Origin: a virus
Strand: one strand, 5' to 3'
DNA length: 64,000 nt
IMG/VR virus record: IMGVR_UViG_3300027734_000039
Part shown: in pieces, positions 1-8,719 of the stretch
Layout of the letters: every line of letters begins with the position of its first letter
How positions within the stretch are numbered: the first letter of the stretch is position 1
Program-made: the position numbers and the translations under genes
The notes under the pieces: generated by a model
What the model was told of the DNA's origin: nothing
Database searches by the model: none
The model's input: only the letters and a program-made list of their open reading frames with translations

Positions 1-1166
1 CGACGTTCGTCAACGTACTGCTTACGAAGCATTTCATAATCATATGACTTAAGTTCGAGCATCTTTTCGCGGAAATAACAAACCAACGAAATACGTTCTG
101 CCTTATCGTGGTTTAAAACGATAGGAGTGTTACCGTGAATAATTTCATGATTGTTAACAAGAAGCAGATCGCCTGGACGAACGTTCACAGCAACGCGAAC
201 TTCTGGAAATACAAGATAGCCACCAGTATACTCGCCATCCCCAAGAACAAGAAGATTAGAAAGACCTTCATTCAAGTCACCAGCATCTCGGTGACAAGCA
301 GTACGGAATGACTTATTAACTGTGATTGTAGTAAACACAGTTTCAGGAACAAGGAAACGAGGATCAATTTTATCGGCAGCTGCCTTCTGATTGCTCCAAC
401 GCCAGTTGAGAAGCTCCTTGAAACCTTTATTCAAAGTTTGCATGAAAGGATAGCAACCCTTGAACTTTTCAAAGTTCTTTTCAGTATAAGAAGTTGCGCG
501 ACCATAAGGGATACGAGGATAACGATCGTACCAACCAGCAACGCCAGACATAACAGACTTCGCATAGTTAGTTGTTGATGCCCACTTTTCAGCAACCATC
601 TTCGCTTCATCACGAACTGTTTCTTGTGGCTTGTTTGCGAGACCATCAACCCACTTATCGAACCAACCATGATACTCAGGATAAACCTTTTCAACTTCTG
701 AACGAAGCCAAACTGTTCCGCGAGTTTCGTCGCTATCCTTAGGATTGCCGTTCTTATACTTCTCACGAATGCTTTCGATTGAAACGTCATCAATCAAACG
801 TGCGCCATCATCCATAAGGAAGTCAAGCACTTCATGCTGATAAGCAGTTACCCAATCACGACCACCACGACCTTCAACAGCTAGCATATCCCCACGAGGA
901 CCAGCGGCGATACCACGGTTTTGAGATTCAGTTGCTGCTTCGCGCAGAGCTTCATAAGCTGAATTTTGTTCTTCTTTACTAAAGTAATTTTTACGGAACT
1001 TAAAAGCAATACGAAGTTCTTCGTTATCAGAATCGTCTAAGCTTGATGCAGCTAGAAAACAATCAGTATCTTCTTCAACCAGAATATCATAATGCGACTC
1101 GTCAGGAAACTGACCGAGCATATCTTCTCTGTTAAACTTTTCTTTAGCTACAATTACCTTAACCAT
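1..1166 (-). CDS. TET/JBP-family 2OG-Fe(II) dioxygenase (putative 5-methylpyrimidine DNA oxygenase); 3' end runs off the window; not in the ORF track
   Basis: Hand translation from ATG at 1166 (RBS AGGAG upstream): MVKVIVAKEKFNREDMLGQFPDESHYDILVEED...NRGIAAG...SGVAGWYDRYPRIPYGRATSYT...TVFTTITVNKSFRTACHRDAGDLNEGLSNLLVLGDGEYTGGYLVFPEVRVAVNVRPGDLLLVNNHEIIHGNTPI...RISLVCYFREKM. No stop down to base 1. HxD, distal H and RxSxVxYxR are the TET/JBP signature. Confidence 0.85.
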   Translation of the reverse strand, partial: MVKVIVAKEKFNREDMLGQFPDESHYDILVEEDTDCFLAASSLDDSDNEELRIAFKFRKNYFSKEEQNSAYEALREAATESQNRGIAAGPRGDMLAVEGRGGRDWVTAYQHEVLDFLMDDGARLIDDVSIESIREKYKNGNPKDSDETRGTVWLRSEVEKVYPEYHGWFDKWVDGLANKPQETVRDEAKMVAEKWASTTNYAKSVMSGVAGWYDRYPRIPYGRATSYTEKNFEKFKGCYPFMQTLNKGFKELLNWRWSNQKAAADKIDPRFLVPETVFTTITVNKSFRTACHRDAGDLNEGLSNLLVLGDGEYTGGYLVFPEVRVAVNVRPGDLLLVNNHEIIHGNTPIVLNHDKAERISLVCYFREKMLELKSYDYEMLRKQYVDER

Positions 1167-1209
1167 TTCACTTCTCCTGTACTAGAATCGTCTTATTATA
1201 TATACGACA

Positions 1210-1238
1210 ATTATAGCTCGATTCATACATAATGTAAA
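1210..1238 (-). promoter_or_regulatory. sigma70-type promoter for the TET/JBP gene
   Basis: TTTACA (1238-1233), 17-nt spacer, TATAAT (1215-1210), 44 nt upstream of the ATG. Confidence 0.7.
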
Positions 1239-1242
1239 TATA

Positions 1243-1623
1243 TTATTCTTGTGACTTTTTTAATACGCCTTCGATATCAGGCGGTGTCCAGCTAGCTGGT
1301 TTTTGAATTTTACCATCTTCACGAAGAAGAACTTTACCGTCAACTAGCTTGGCCATGTTGCTGCGATGAACTTCTTCGAATACTTTATCAAGAGGAATAC
1401 CATATGACACAGCAGTACCACATGCAATGTAGATAATATCAGCCAAGGCATCTGCGATTTCAATAAGATCATTTTCGTTTTCCGCAATAGTATATTCATA
1501 CATTTCTTCAGAAAGAAGTCTCATCCTTAGTGTTCGTTCGGCAGTATCAGGAATCTCTGGCTTTTCGCCGATGCGCTGACCGAAAGCCTTATGAAATTCT
1601 TTTACGTCTGTAAACATTGTCAT
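1243..1623 (-). CDS. MazG-like / PRA-PH-family all-alpha NTP pyrophosphatase
   Basis: LRMRLLSEEMYE...IADALADIIYIACG...FEEVHRSNMAKL...REDGKIQKP motifs; start at 1623 forms an ATGA overlap with the upstream stop. Confidence 0.8.
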   Translation of the reverse strand: MTMFTDVKEFHKAFGQRIGEKPEIPDTAERTLRMRLLSEEMYEYTIAENENDLIEIADALADIIYIACGTAVSYGIPLDKVFEEVHRSNMAKLVDGKVLLREDGKIQKPASWTPPDIEGVLKKSQE

Positions 1624-2174
1624 TGTGTAATCCATTCTGGTGGTTGGCGTTTTTTCCAATTATGCATCCTAGCTTTACCAATCTTATAATAATTTCGGTA
1701 ATTAGTCAAGGGGTCGTCTGAAATAATATATTCCTCTGCCATGCAAGAAGGCATGGGAGTCCAATCATACTCTTGAAGATTCTTAGGAGGAGACTGCAGC
1801 ATATAAGAAAGCTCGCCATTACACTTATGAACTTTTTCGTATCTGTGGATATACTCGTTCATAAGTGCAAAAAAATGTTCTACGAGCCAATTATAGTTTT
1901 CAACAGAAGTTCGACACCAAACAGCCGAAGGATGATTGACATGAGTTGCCGAATACATTACTGAATCGCGAGCATCGGGAAGGATATATGCTTTTGTTTT
2001 ACGAGTTTTGCCCGTTTCAAAATTTACTTTAACAGCATCAACAAGCTCGCCATCTAGAACACGGTGAGCGGTCGAGAGCAACTGTGCGCTCTCGAGAATC
2101 ATTTTTACAACATGTTTATCGACCATCCATTCAGCAGCTTGAACAGGGTCATGACTGATGTAGAAGATATTCAT
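1620..2174 (-). CDS. Pyrimidine-dimer DNA glycosylase (DenV/Pyr_excise)-like protein
   Basis: MNIFY...DKHVVKMILESAQLLSTAH...THVNHPSAVW...NYNWL...YRNYY...W pattern typical of this phage family. Confidence 0.7.
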   Translation of the reverse strand: MNIFYISHDPVQAAEWMVDKHVVKMILESAQLLSTAHRVLDGELVDAVKVNFETGKTRKTKAYILPDARDSVMYSATHVNHPSAVWCRTSVENYNWLVEHFFALMNEYIHRYEKVHKCNGELSYMLQSPPKNLQEYDWTPMPSCMAEEYIISDDPLTNYRNYYKIGKARMHNWKKRQPPEWITQ

Positions 2175-2691
2175 AGGAACCTAGATCTACCTTTGTTTTG
2201 TTAACAGTTTTGACGCCTTTGCGCCATTTTTCCAAAGCACGATCTCGATGAACACGATTAGCTTTGTTATAAAAAACAATACCGTTTAGATGATCTACTT
2301 GTTGTTGAAAGACACGAGCAGTCATACCAGTGAACTGTTTAGTAACAGTTTCGCCGTTCGGGTTTGTAAAACGAACACGAACATGTTGAGGTCTTTTTAT
2401 TTTAACCGCTAACCCTATAAAAGTCAAGGAGGTTTCTTCAAGAGTAACTTCTTGTTCTGATGGTTGAATTACCTTGGGATTAAAGCATACGAAGTTTTCA
2501 GGAGACCCGCGCATAGCAAATACCCGATAAGGAAGTCCCAGTTGATTGGCAGCAAGGCCAATCCCGTTCCTATCATACATGAATTTAACCATTTCTTTGG
2601 CGAGTTCAATAGGGTCGCAAGGAGGATTGAGAAAGTCAAAATTTGGACATACGCTACTAAGAATTGGATCATTTGGTTTCACTAGTTCCAT
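2149..2691 (-). CDS. def: Peptide deformylase homologue, predicted catalytically inactive
   Basis: Motif 1 GIGLAANQLG and FNPKV are present; motif 2 EGCLS reads ETSLT; motif 3 QHExDH reads QQQVDH. Confidence 0.85.
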   Translation of the reverse strand: MELVKPNDPILSSVCPNFDFLNPPCDPIELAKEMVKFMYDRNGIGLAANQLGLPYRVFAMRGSPENFVCFNPKVIQPSEQEVTLEETSLTFIGLAVKIKRPQHVRVRFTNPNGETVTKQFTGMTARVFQQQVDHLNGIVFYNKANRVHRDRALEKWRKGVKTVNKTKVDLGSYEYLLHQS

Positions 2692-2857
2692 TTTCTTTTT
2701 CCTTTATACTAAAAGTTCCATTTTCATTATCGACCCAAAACAATTCTGTTCCCTCAGCCCACCCCATCTGAGAAAGAAGGTCAGGAGGAAAAGGAAGGAG
2801 AAGTTCTCCAGTTTCTAGATCTTGTTCTAATTGCACTGCCCAAGTATTTGCTACCAA
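2669..2857 (-). CDS. Small AbrB/MazE-like swapped-hairpin protein
   Basis: GELLLPFPPDLLSQMGWAEGTELFW resembles the AbrB-fold signature; TTG start. Confidence 0.55.
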   Translation of the reverse strand: MVANTWAVQLEQDLETGELLLPFPPDLLSQMGWAEGTELFWVDNENGTFSIKEKENGTSETK

Positions 2858-3000
2858 TGTCTTATAACTCCCGCTACGATAAAGAAGTTAGTTATGATAT
2901 AGCATAGGACAATCGCTGTTCTAATCAAAGCAACTCTGTCTGCTTCTTCATTAGTTTTACCATTTTTTTCACCGAGTGCTTTTGCCCAAAGACGCCACAT
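2851..3000 (-). CDS. 49-aa small membrane protein (not in ORF track)
   Basis: MWRLWAKALGEKNGKTNEEADRVALIRTAIVLCYIITNFFIVAGVIRHW*; start overlaps the gp46 stop (TAATG); one hydrophobic helix; resembles a small ORF recurrent in aquatic T4-like phages. Confidence 0.7.
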   Translation of the reverse strand: MWRLWAKALGEKNGKTNEEADRVALIRTAIVLCYIITNFFIVAGVIRHW

Positions 3001-4706
3001 TAAACAACTCTACTGAAATTTTTATGTTTCTCGAACTTGATTACTTTGTTAAACTTATCATAAAGCTGATCTGTCTTATGACTTATTATAAACGTATTTG
3101 TATCTAAAGTCAAATTATTTAAAATCTTAAGGAACTCTTCTGTTCCATTAGCATCTAGAGAAGAGTCAAAGACTTCGTCCATAATGAGTAGATTAGTACT
3201 AATTGAATTACGGAGTTTAGCAATAGCACGCCAAGTAAAAAGGATCGCAAGGTTAATACGCATCTTTTCCCCTTCCGAGAAGGAAGCGTAAGAAAACTCA
3301 TCGCGGAATCTAGACTTAATTGTTTCGTTGAATTCCTCATCAAGCTCGAACTGGACAAAGAAATCCATAGCACTAAGATACTTATTAATGAGCTTATTGA
3401 TAACAGGAACATACTGTTTAATAATCCTTGATTTGATACCGCCGTCTTTCAAAAGAGAAGAAGCTGCAGTAAGAACAACTCTATCTTCGTTCAATTCATT
3501 ATATTTTGTTTTGAGCTCATCTAGCTCTTTTTCAATATCACCAATCTTAGTATCATCTTCAACAAAAGACTTTTTGCTTATGTTTGTTATTTCACTTTCA
3601 AGCGAATCGCGATATTCAATCAAAGAAGTAATCTTAGTTTTTACTCTATGAATTTCCATACGCTGATCGTTAATAGAAGTTTGAATATCTAAAATTTCAC
3701 TCAAACGAGAGTTAGCTTCTTCGTACTGCTTAATGAGTTCAGAAAGACCGTTTTCAATTTCATCAATTTCACCTTTTTTATTTGAAAGAGTTGTTTCTTT
3801 GAAATCTTCATTAATTTCTTGTTTACATGTTGGGCAGTTATCGTGCTTTTTGAAAAACTCAACATCATTTTCAATCAAAGCTTTCTTAGCTTCGATTTGA
3901 TGCCTCAACTTTTGAAGAGTATTAACACGTTTCGAAGTAGCCTCTTCATCTTCAATAGATTCAACTAAACTCTTACGCTTATTTTCAAACTTCCAAAACT
4001 CTTCATTCAAATCGCTGATTTGTTTATTAGTGTCTTCAATACGGGACTTCTTATCAATAACGAGCTGGTCGTTATTGTTTTGCATCTCTTGAAGATGCTC
4101 TTTAATTAACTTGATTTTTTCTTCGGCAATTTTTCGGTTGTTTGTTGACTGAACGATATGCTCGTTGTTAATCATAATCTTTTCTTTTAACAACGTATTC
4201 ATAGTCGTAAAAATTTGAAGGTCCAAAAGGTCTTCAATAATTTCTCTTCTATTTGAAGTACTAAGTTGCATAAAAGGCATGAACGTGGCAGAGCCAAGAA
4301 CAACTACTTGAGAAAACGATTTATGATTTACTTTAATAATTTGCTTTTCAAGAACTTCTTGATAGTCTTTCATTTCAGCAGATTGATTTAACAAGTCACC
4401 GTTTTGATAAACTTCAAAAACAGTTGGCTTCACACCACGAACGATTTTATAATTATTAGGTCCGATAGAAAATTCAACTTCTACAACAAGGTTCTTTTGA
4501 GTTATTGAGTTAAGGAGTTGTGGCTTATTGATCTTTCTAAACGCCTTACCGAAAAGAGCGAATGAAAGAGCATCAAGCATAGTTGATTTACCCGCACCGT
4601 TACCGCCAACGATGAGAGTGGTGTTATGCTCGTTTAGAACTATTTCTGTGAAAATATTACCTGTGGAAAGAAAGTTTTTCCAGCGTAGCTTTTTAAATAA
4701 AATCAA
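3000..4706 (-). CDS. gp46: Recombination endonuclease ATPase subunit (Rad50/SbcC-like)
   Basis: KNFLSTGN, Walker A GGNGAGKST, CPTC zinc hook, FSEGEKMRI signature, MDEVFD, SH. Confidence 0.97.
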   Translation of the reverse strand: MILFKKLRWKNFLSTGNIFTEIVLNEHNTTLIVGGNGAGKSTMLDALSFALFGKAFRKINKPQLLNSITQKNLVVEVEFSIGPNNYKIVRGVKPTVFEVYQNGDLLNQSAEMKDYQEVLEKQIIKVNHKSFSQVVVLGSATFMPFMQLSTSNRREIIEDLLDLQIFTTMNTLLKEKIMINNEHIVQSTNNRKIAEEKIKLIKEHLQEMQNNNDQLVIDKKSRIEDTNKQISDLNEEFWKFENKRKSLVESIEDEEATSKRVNTLQKLRHQIEAKKALIENDVEFFKKHDNCPTCKQEINEDFKETTLSNKKGEIDEIENGLSELIKQYEEANSRLSEILDIQTSINDQRMEIHRVKTKITSLIEYRDSLESEITNISKKSFVEDDTKIGDIEKELDELKTKYNELNEDRVVLTAASSLLKDGGIKSRIIKQYVPVINKLINKYLSAMDFFVQFELDEEFNETIKSRFRDEFSYASFSEGEKMRINLAILFTWRAIAKLRNSISTNLLIMDEVFDSSLDANGTEEFLKILNNLTLDTNTFIISHKTDQLYDKFNKVIKFEKHKNFSRVV

Positions 4707-4708
4707 AG

Positions 4709-4972
4709 TTATTCACCTGTCAATTCTATGATGTCGATTCTTTTAACCCCAATTAATTCTACATCAGCATATGTTTCAATCCAAAGTTTAGCACCACAGG
4801 GTCTTGGTTTCTCTGGTCTGTAAATCATATGCGATGGACCATTAATTTGAACTTCCATACAATACTTAACCTTACCATCTTTTTCAACACGACACACTGG
4901 TTCATCTTTACCATGTTTTGCGTTTTGCTGAATGATGTTACGATTGATATGTATGATAGTTGGTTTAGTCAA
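4709..4972 (-). CDS. Conserved phage hypothetical protein
   Basis: IIHINRNII...Y...V.INGPS...Y.PEKP.PCGAKLWIET; coupled between gp47 and gp46. Confidence 0.7.
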   Translation of the reverse strand: MTKPTIIHINRNIIQQNAKHGKDEPVCRVEKDGKVKYCMEVQINGPSHMIYRPEKPRPCGAKLWIETYADVELIGVKRIDIIELTGE

Positions 4973-6029
4973 CGGTCAAAGCCTCGTTATAAATCTCAAC
5001 GATTTTCTTTTCAAGTTTAACCTTATTAACGGTCTTTTCATCAAACCCATTAATATACTTTTTGAAAATATCAATGGTCGATTCCGCTTCATTAACGATA
5101 TCAGAATCTTCTTCAAGATTAAGATTCAAATGATCTTCTACGATTTGAATATCAACTGGGTTTTCTGATTCGATATTTTCAATAAATTTATCGAACCAAA
5201 ATACGTTACTCTTTTCCTGAACGATAACTTTCAATAGCGTTCCCTTAAACTGAGAGTAATCTATTTCCATATTCAAGAAGTCATCGCTAGAATCGTTATA
5301 CCAAACTTTCTTGAACATCTTATAAGGATTTTCAATGAAGGTTAGTTCCCTCGTTTCCGTATCCAAGATATGAAAGCCTCTGGGATCGTCATAATCAGAC
5401 CAAGTAAACTCACCATGGCTACCCAAATAAAAGATAGTACCATCGCTGGAACGGTGATGATAATGCCCACTAAGAACCATATCGAAACGATCAAAAGTAG
5501 ACCGATCGTCACCATGTGATACAATAGATCCTCTATACATTTCGAAACCTTGGATCTCAAGATGACCTGCAGCAATCGACGTGCCGCTGCTCCTGATTCG
5601 CTCGATGCTCTCTTTTCTGTTTTCATCACATATCCATGGAATTAGTGTTATAGGAAGGTTATCAAATTTTACAACTTCTGGAGCCTTATCAAAAATTTTC
5701 ATATAAGGATACATAGCAACGAGTTCTCTCAATGAGTTTACTTCATTGGTGTTCTTATAATAAGTATCATGGTTTCCAGCGACCATGTATACGTCGAGAG
5801 ACTTTGCTGTGAGTGGTTCGAGAAAATTTTCTCTTAAACGCCGAGCAGTATGTATATTGATATATTTACGACGATCCACAAGATCGCCAAGATGAAGAAC
5901 AGTATCAATACCATTTTTCTCAATATACGGAAAAAAGATCGTGTCCAAAAACTTCTTAGAATTGTCCAAGAACGCAATGTTGTCATTACGAACCCCCCAA
6001 TGTGTATCAGTTATGATAGCAATTTTCAT
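4965..6029 (-). CDS. gp47: Recombination endonuclease subunit (Mre11/SbcD-like)
   Basis: DTHWG, LGDLVDRR, GNHD and SGHYH metallophosphoesterase motifs; synteny with gp46. Confidence 0.97.
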   Translation of the reverse strand: MKIAIITDTHWGVRNDNIAFLDNSKKFLDTIFFPYIEKNGIDTVLHLGDLVDRRKYINIHTARRLRENFLEPLTAKSLDVYMVAGNHDTYYKNTNEVNSLRELVAMYPYMKIFDKAPEVVKFDNLPITLIPWICDENRKESIERIRSSGTSIAAGHLEIQGFEMYRGSIVSHGDDRSTFDRFDMVLSGHYHHRSSDGTIFYLGSHGEFTWSDYDDPRGFHILDTETRELTFIENPYKMFKKVWYNDSSDDFLNMEIDYSQFKGTLLKVIVQEKSNVFWFDKFIENIESENPVDIQIVEDHLNLNLEEDSDIVNEAESTIDIFKKYINGFDEKTVNKVKLEKKIVEIYNEALTVD

Positions 6030-6217
6030 CGAAAATTGTTTTTCTTTCTAGTGGAAGGAAATACGACTGGCTTGGTCTTTAGAGCTTGATCTACGTAATC
6101 TCTAATCGTTTCCAAACGAAGCTGATAGCTCATACGCTCATTTTCCCTAAGATTAGGTTGTCGGTATTTTTCAACCAAATCAATTATATTGACTGGTAAT
6201 AGATGTTCATTCTTCAT
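6026..6217 (-). CDS. Small hypothetical protein between gp55 and gp47
   Basis: MKNEHLLPVNIIDLVEK...YQLRLETIRDYVDQAL; ATG at 6217 has GGAG upstream and overlaps the corrected gp55 stop. Confidence 0.65.
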   Translation of the reverse strand: MKNEHLLPVNIIDLVEKYRQPNLRENERMSYQLRLETIRDYVDQALKTKPVVFPSTRKKNNFR

Positions 6218-6754
6218 TGTTACTCTCCGAGAATTTTTCAACTCCACTTAGTTTACTACTTTTTTTAGGTTTAGTCAACTTATTTTCATAGCTGCGAACA
6301 ACTTCCGAAGAATACTCGTTAGCCTTAAGATGCATATTTTCCGAATCGCTCCAAAGTTCATTCATAAGAAAGCTGTTTTCGAAATTCTTATGCTTGATAT
6401 ATGTTTGTTTCTTTTCTTTTTGAATACGTCTAATAAAAGCGTTCCAAGCGATCTGAGTAAAGTAAGCAAAGGATTATTGGTTTTATCAGGATCAAAGTTA
6501 TCTACGGCTGCAATACAGTCGATAATACCGTCAGATATCATATCCTGCTTATATGTATAGCCAGAGAAATTAGGCTTCTTTGCCAAATTATTACAAATCA
6601 AAAGAATAGATTGCCCGATGTAATTCGAAACTTGTGGCTTCGGTCTATCGTTTTTCAACGCTTCATTTAATTTCGTTTTATACTCGATCATTGAAGTATA
6701 AAGCGTTTTATTGTTGATATAATTTTTTGGCTTGCGTGGCTTTGATTCTGACAT
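6207..6754 (-). CDS. gp55: Late-transcription sigma factor, with a 1-nt frameshift at ~6468-6471
   Basis: NYINNK...PNFSGYTYKQDMISDGI..C...NFDPDKTNNP continues in the -1 frame as FAYFTQIAWNAFIRRIQKEKKQTYIKHK... to TGA at 6209-6207; about 182 aa once corrected. Confidence 0.9.
6250..6278 (-). promoter_or_regulatory. sigma70-like promoter inside the gp55 3' end, upstream of the gp47/gp46 block
   Basis: TTGACT-N17-TAAACT. Confidence 0.45.
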
Positions 6755-6806
6755 TTTTTCCCTTTACTTTTTTCTAGAGCACATTATAATCACGTTGTGG
6801 TTTTGA

Positions 6807-8258
6807 TCAAACATTTAAAGAGACTTTATAGAGCTTGTATGGAAACTTCTCTTCATTGTACATCTTAATACGCTCCATGAAGTGGAGCAATGTAAAGTTC
6901 TTCTTTTGTTTCCAACTCATGTCATCTGCAATGTCATATAACGTAGCGCTATCCTTAGTGTCTGATTTACGTAGTCCGCGACCAATTGACTGTAAATTTC
7001 TAACTTTGGACTTTGAAGGACTTGAAAATATAACGTTATGCAAATTACGAATGTTAACACCTGTGGAGAAAGTTCCGAAAGAAGCAACGATAATTGCGTT
7101 CGATTCTGTTTCAACAATTTTACGAATTGCTTCACGTTCTTCTCCGTCGACTGAACCAGCAACATAATAAACATTACGATCTCCAGCTTCTTGTTTCAAT
7201 TTATCATAAAGCACCTTTCCATGTTTATCGACAAACTGGAAAAGGAGCAAAGTATTACCTTCTAGGGATAATGTTAAATTTCTTATGAATTTATTTCTTT
7301 CTTCAAGCCGAACGATATAATCCATTTCAGCTTGGTAATCAGCAGCACGTGCAATCATTTTACGAACTTCGTCGGGATATGAAAGAACGATGCATTTAAT
7401 TTTAAATGAAGCTAGATGTTTTTGCTCGATTAGCTCGGCAGTTGTAGTTACTTTTCTAACTGGTCCAAAAAGTCCTTCAAGTACCAGTTTGTGAGTTTGG
7501 GTGCCATCCAAGGTTCCAGTAAACCCAAAACGATACTTACAATTATCCAGCTTAGTAAGAATAGAAGTTAGTGACTTAGCTTTGAAAAGATGCGCTTCAT
7601 CGCCTATGACCAAGTCAAATTGGTCGAAATACGTTTTATCCAATTTATAAATCGACTGCCATGTGCTGATTGTAACTTGCTTATCTGATTGTTTATCTTG
7701 ACCTGCAAAGATACGGTGTACTCCATTATCAACATTAAAACCGTAATCACCAAAGTCAGAGGCAAGTTGACTAACCAGAGAAGTAGTTGGCACAATAATA
7801 AGAGTACGGGCATTATAGTATCTCGTAATTAGATAGATGATAAACGATTTACCAGAAGCTGTTGGGGATAGTAATAATGCTCTACGCTCTCTAACTGCAT
7901 GAACAAAAGCCTCAAGCTGGTAATCTCGAGGTTGCATAGTTGGCTTTAATTTTAAAACGAATTCTTTTGCTTCTTTTACTGAAAACTCAGTTGCTGAAAA
8001 ATCCGTAATATATTCTACTTCATAGTTTCTAGATTTACAAAACTCTTCGACATATCTATTTAACCCGCTATAGAGAGTGCAGGTCATAGCGTTGAATAGA
8101 CGAATCTTACCGTCCCAAAACTTGTTACGGTAAGCTGGCATAAACTTAGCGCCTGGAACATCAAACGTGAAGTAATCGTTTAGTTCGTAAGCAACGCTTG
8201 GTTCGCAATGTATTTTGTTATAAACTTCGTCAAGTTTTTCAATTTGAATTTTATCCAT
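6807..8258 (-). CDS. uvsW: UvsW SF2 DNA helicase
   Basis: PRDYQ, SPTASGKS, DEAH, TGT, QSIGRGLR motifs. Confidence 0.97.
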   Translation of the reverse strand: MDKIQIEKLDEVYNKIHCEPSVAYELNDYFTFDVPGAKFMPAYRNKFWDGKIRLFNAMTCTLYSGLNRYVEEFCKSRNYEVEYITDFSATEFSVKEAKEFVLKLKPTMQPRDYQLEAFVHAVRERRALLLSPTASGKSFIIYLITRYYNARTLIIVPTTSLVSQLASDFGDYGFNVDNGVHRIFAGQDKQSDKQVTISTWQSIYKLDKTYFDQFDLVIGDEAHLFKAKSLTSILTKLDNCKYRFGFTGTLDGTQTHKLVLEGLFGPVRKVTTTAELIEQKHLASFKIKCIVLSYPDEVRKMIARAADYQAEMDYIVRLEERNKFIRNLTLSLEGNTLLLFQFVDKHGKVLYDKLKQEAGDRNVYYVAGSVDGEEREAIRKIVETESNAIIVASFGTFSTGVNIRNLHNVIFSSPSKSKVRNLQSIGRGLRKSDTKDSATLYDIADDMSWKQKKNFTLLHFMERIKMYNEEKFPYKLYKVSLNV

Positions 8259-8692
8259 TATGCCCCATTAGTAAATCTAAACCAATCGATAGCAGCTTTA
8301 ATGTTATAACCTCTGTTATTTAAAGACTTAATGATTGATTCTAAAAATTCAACTTTCTCTTGAGCCAAACCAATTTTAAGAGAAAGCTTTATGATGTCTT
8401 TATCAGCTTCCATATACAATGGCATATCAGCTTTAAGAATAAGACCTTTAGCTGGAAGCTCCCATCCTCTTTCGCGACTTTCTTCGTTCGGACCTTGTGT
8501 ATAGAACTCGTGCTTATCGAGCTTTAGTTGCTTCATTTCAGCTTCTAAAGAACGAAGAGCAAGACGCTCTACTACGAACATCTGATAGTATTTGCTATGA
8601 AGTTTTGCTATCTTAATCGCTTCGTCGCCGAGCTCGGTACGATCGATATCACAGTCTTCTTTCCACAAATCGAAAATATCTTCAATCTTCAT
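8258..8692 (-). CDS. uvsY: Recombination mediator UvsY
   Basis: W..D..ID..L..E...I..LHSKY...NRGYNIKAAIDW.RF..G; synteny with uvsW. Confidence 0.92.
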   Translation of the reverse strand: MKIEDIFDLWKEDCDIDRTELGDEAIKIAKLHSKYYQMFVVERLALRSLEAEMKQLKLDKHEFYTQGPNEESRERGWELPAKGLILKADMPLYMEADKDIIKLSLKIGLAQEKVEFLESIIKSLNNRGYNIKAAIDWFRFTNGA

Positions 8693-8719
8693 AATAGTTC
8701 TCTCACATGTTAATAATAT

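Noticed and set aside
431-793. 120-aa minus-strand ORF in the track
   Set aside because: It is an alternative frame inside the longer TET/JBP gene, which has the recognisable motifs, RBS and promoter
6362-6470. C-terminus LLTLLRSLGTLLLDVF... of the tracked 130-aa ORF
   Set aside because: Out-of-frame read-through after the gp55 frameshift; the conserved gp55 sequence is in the other frame
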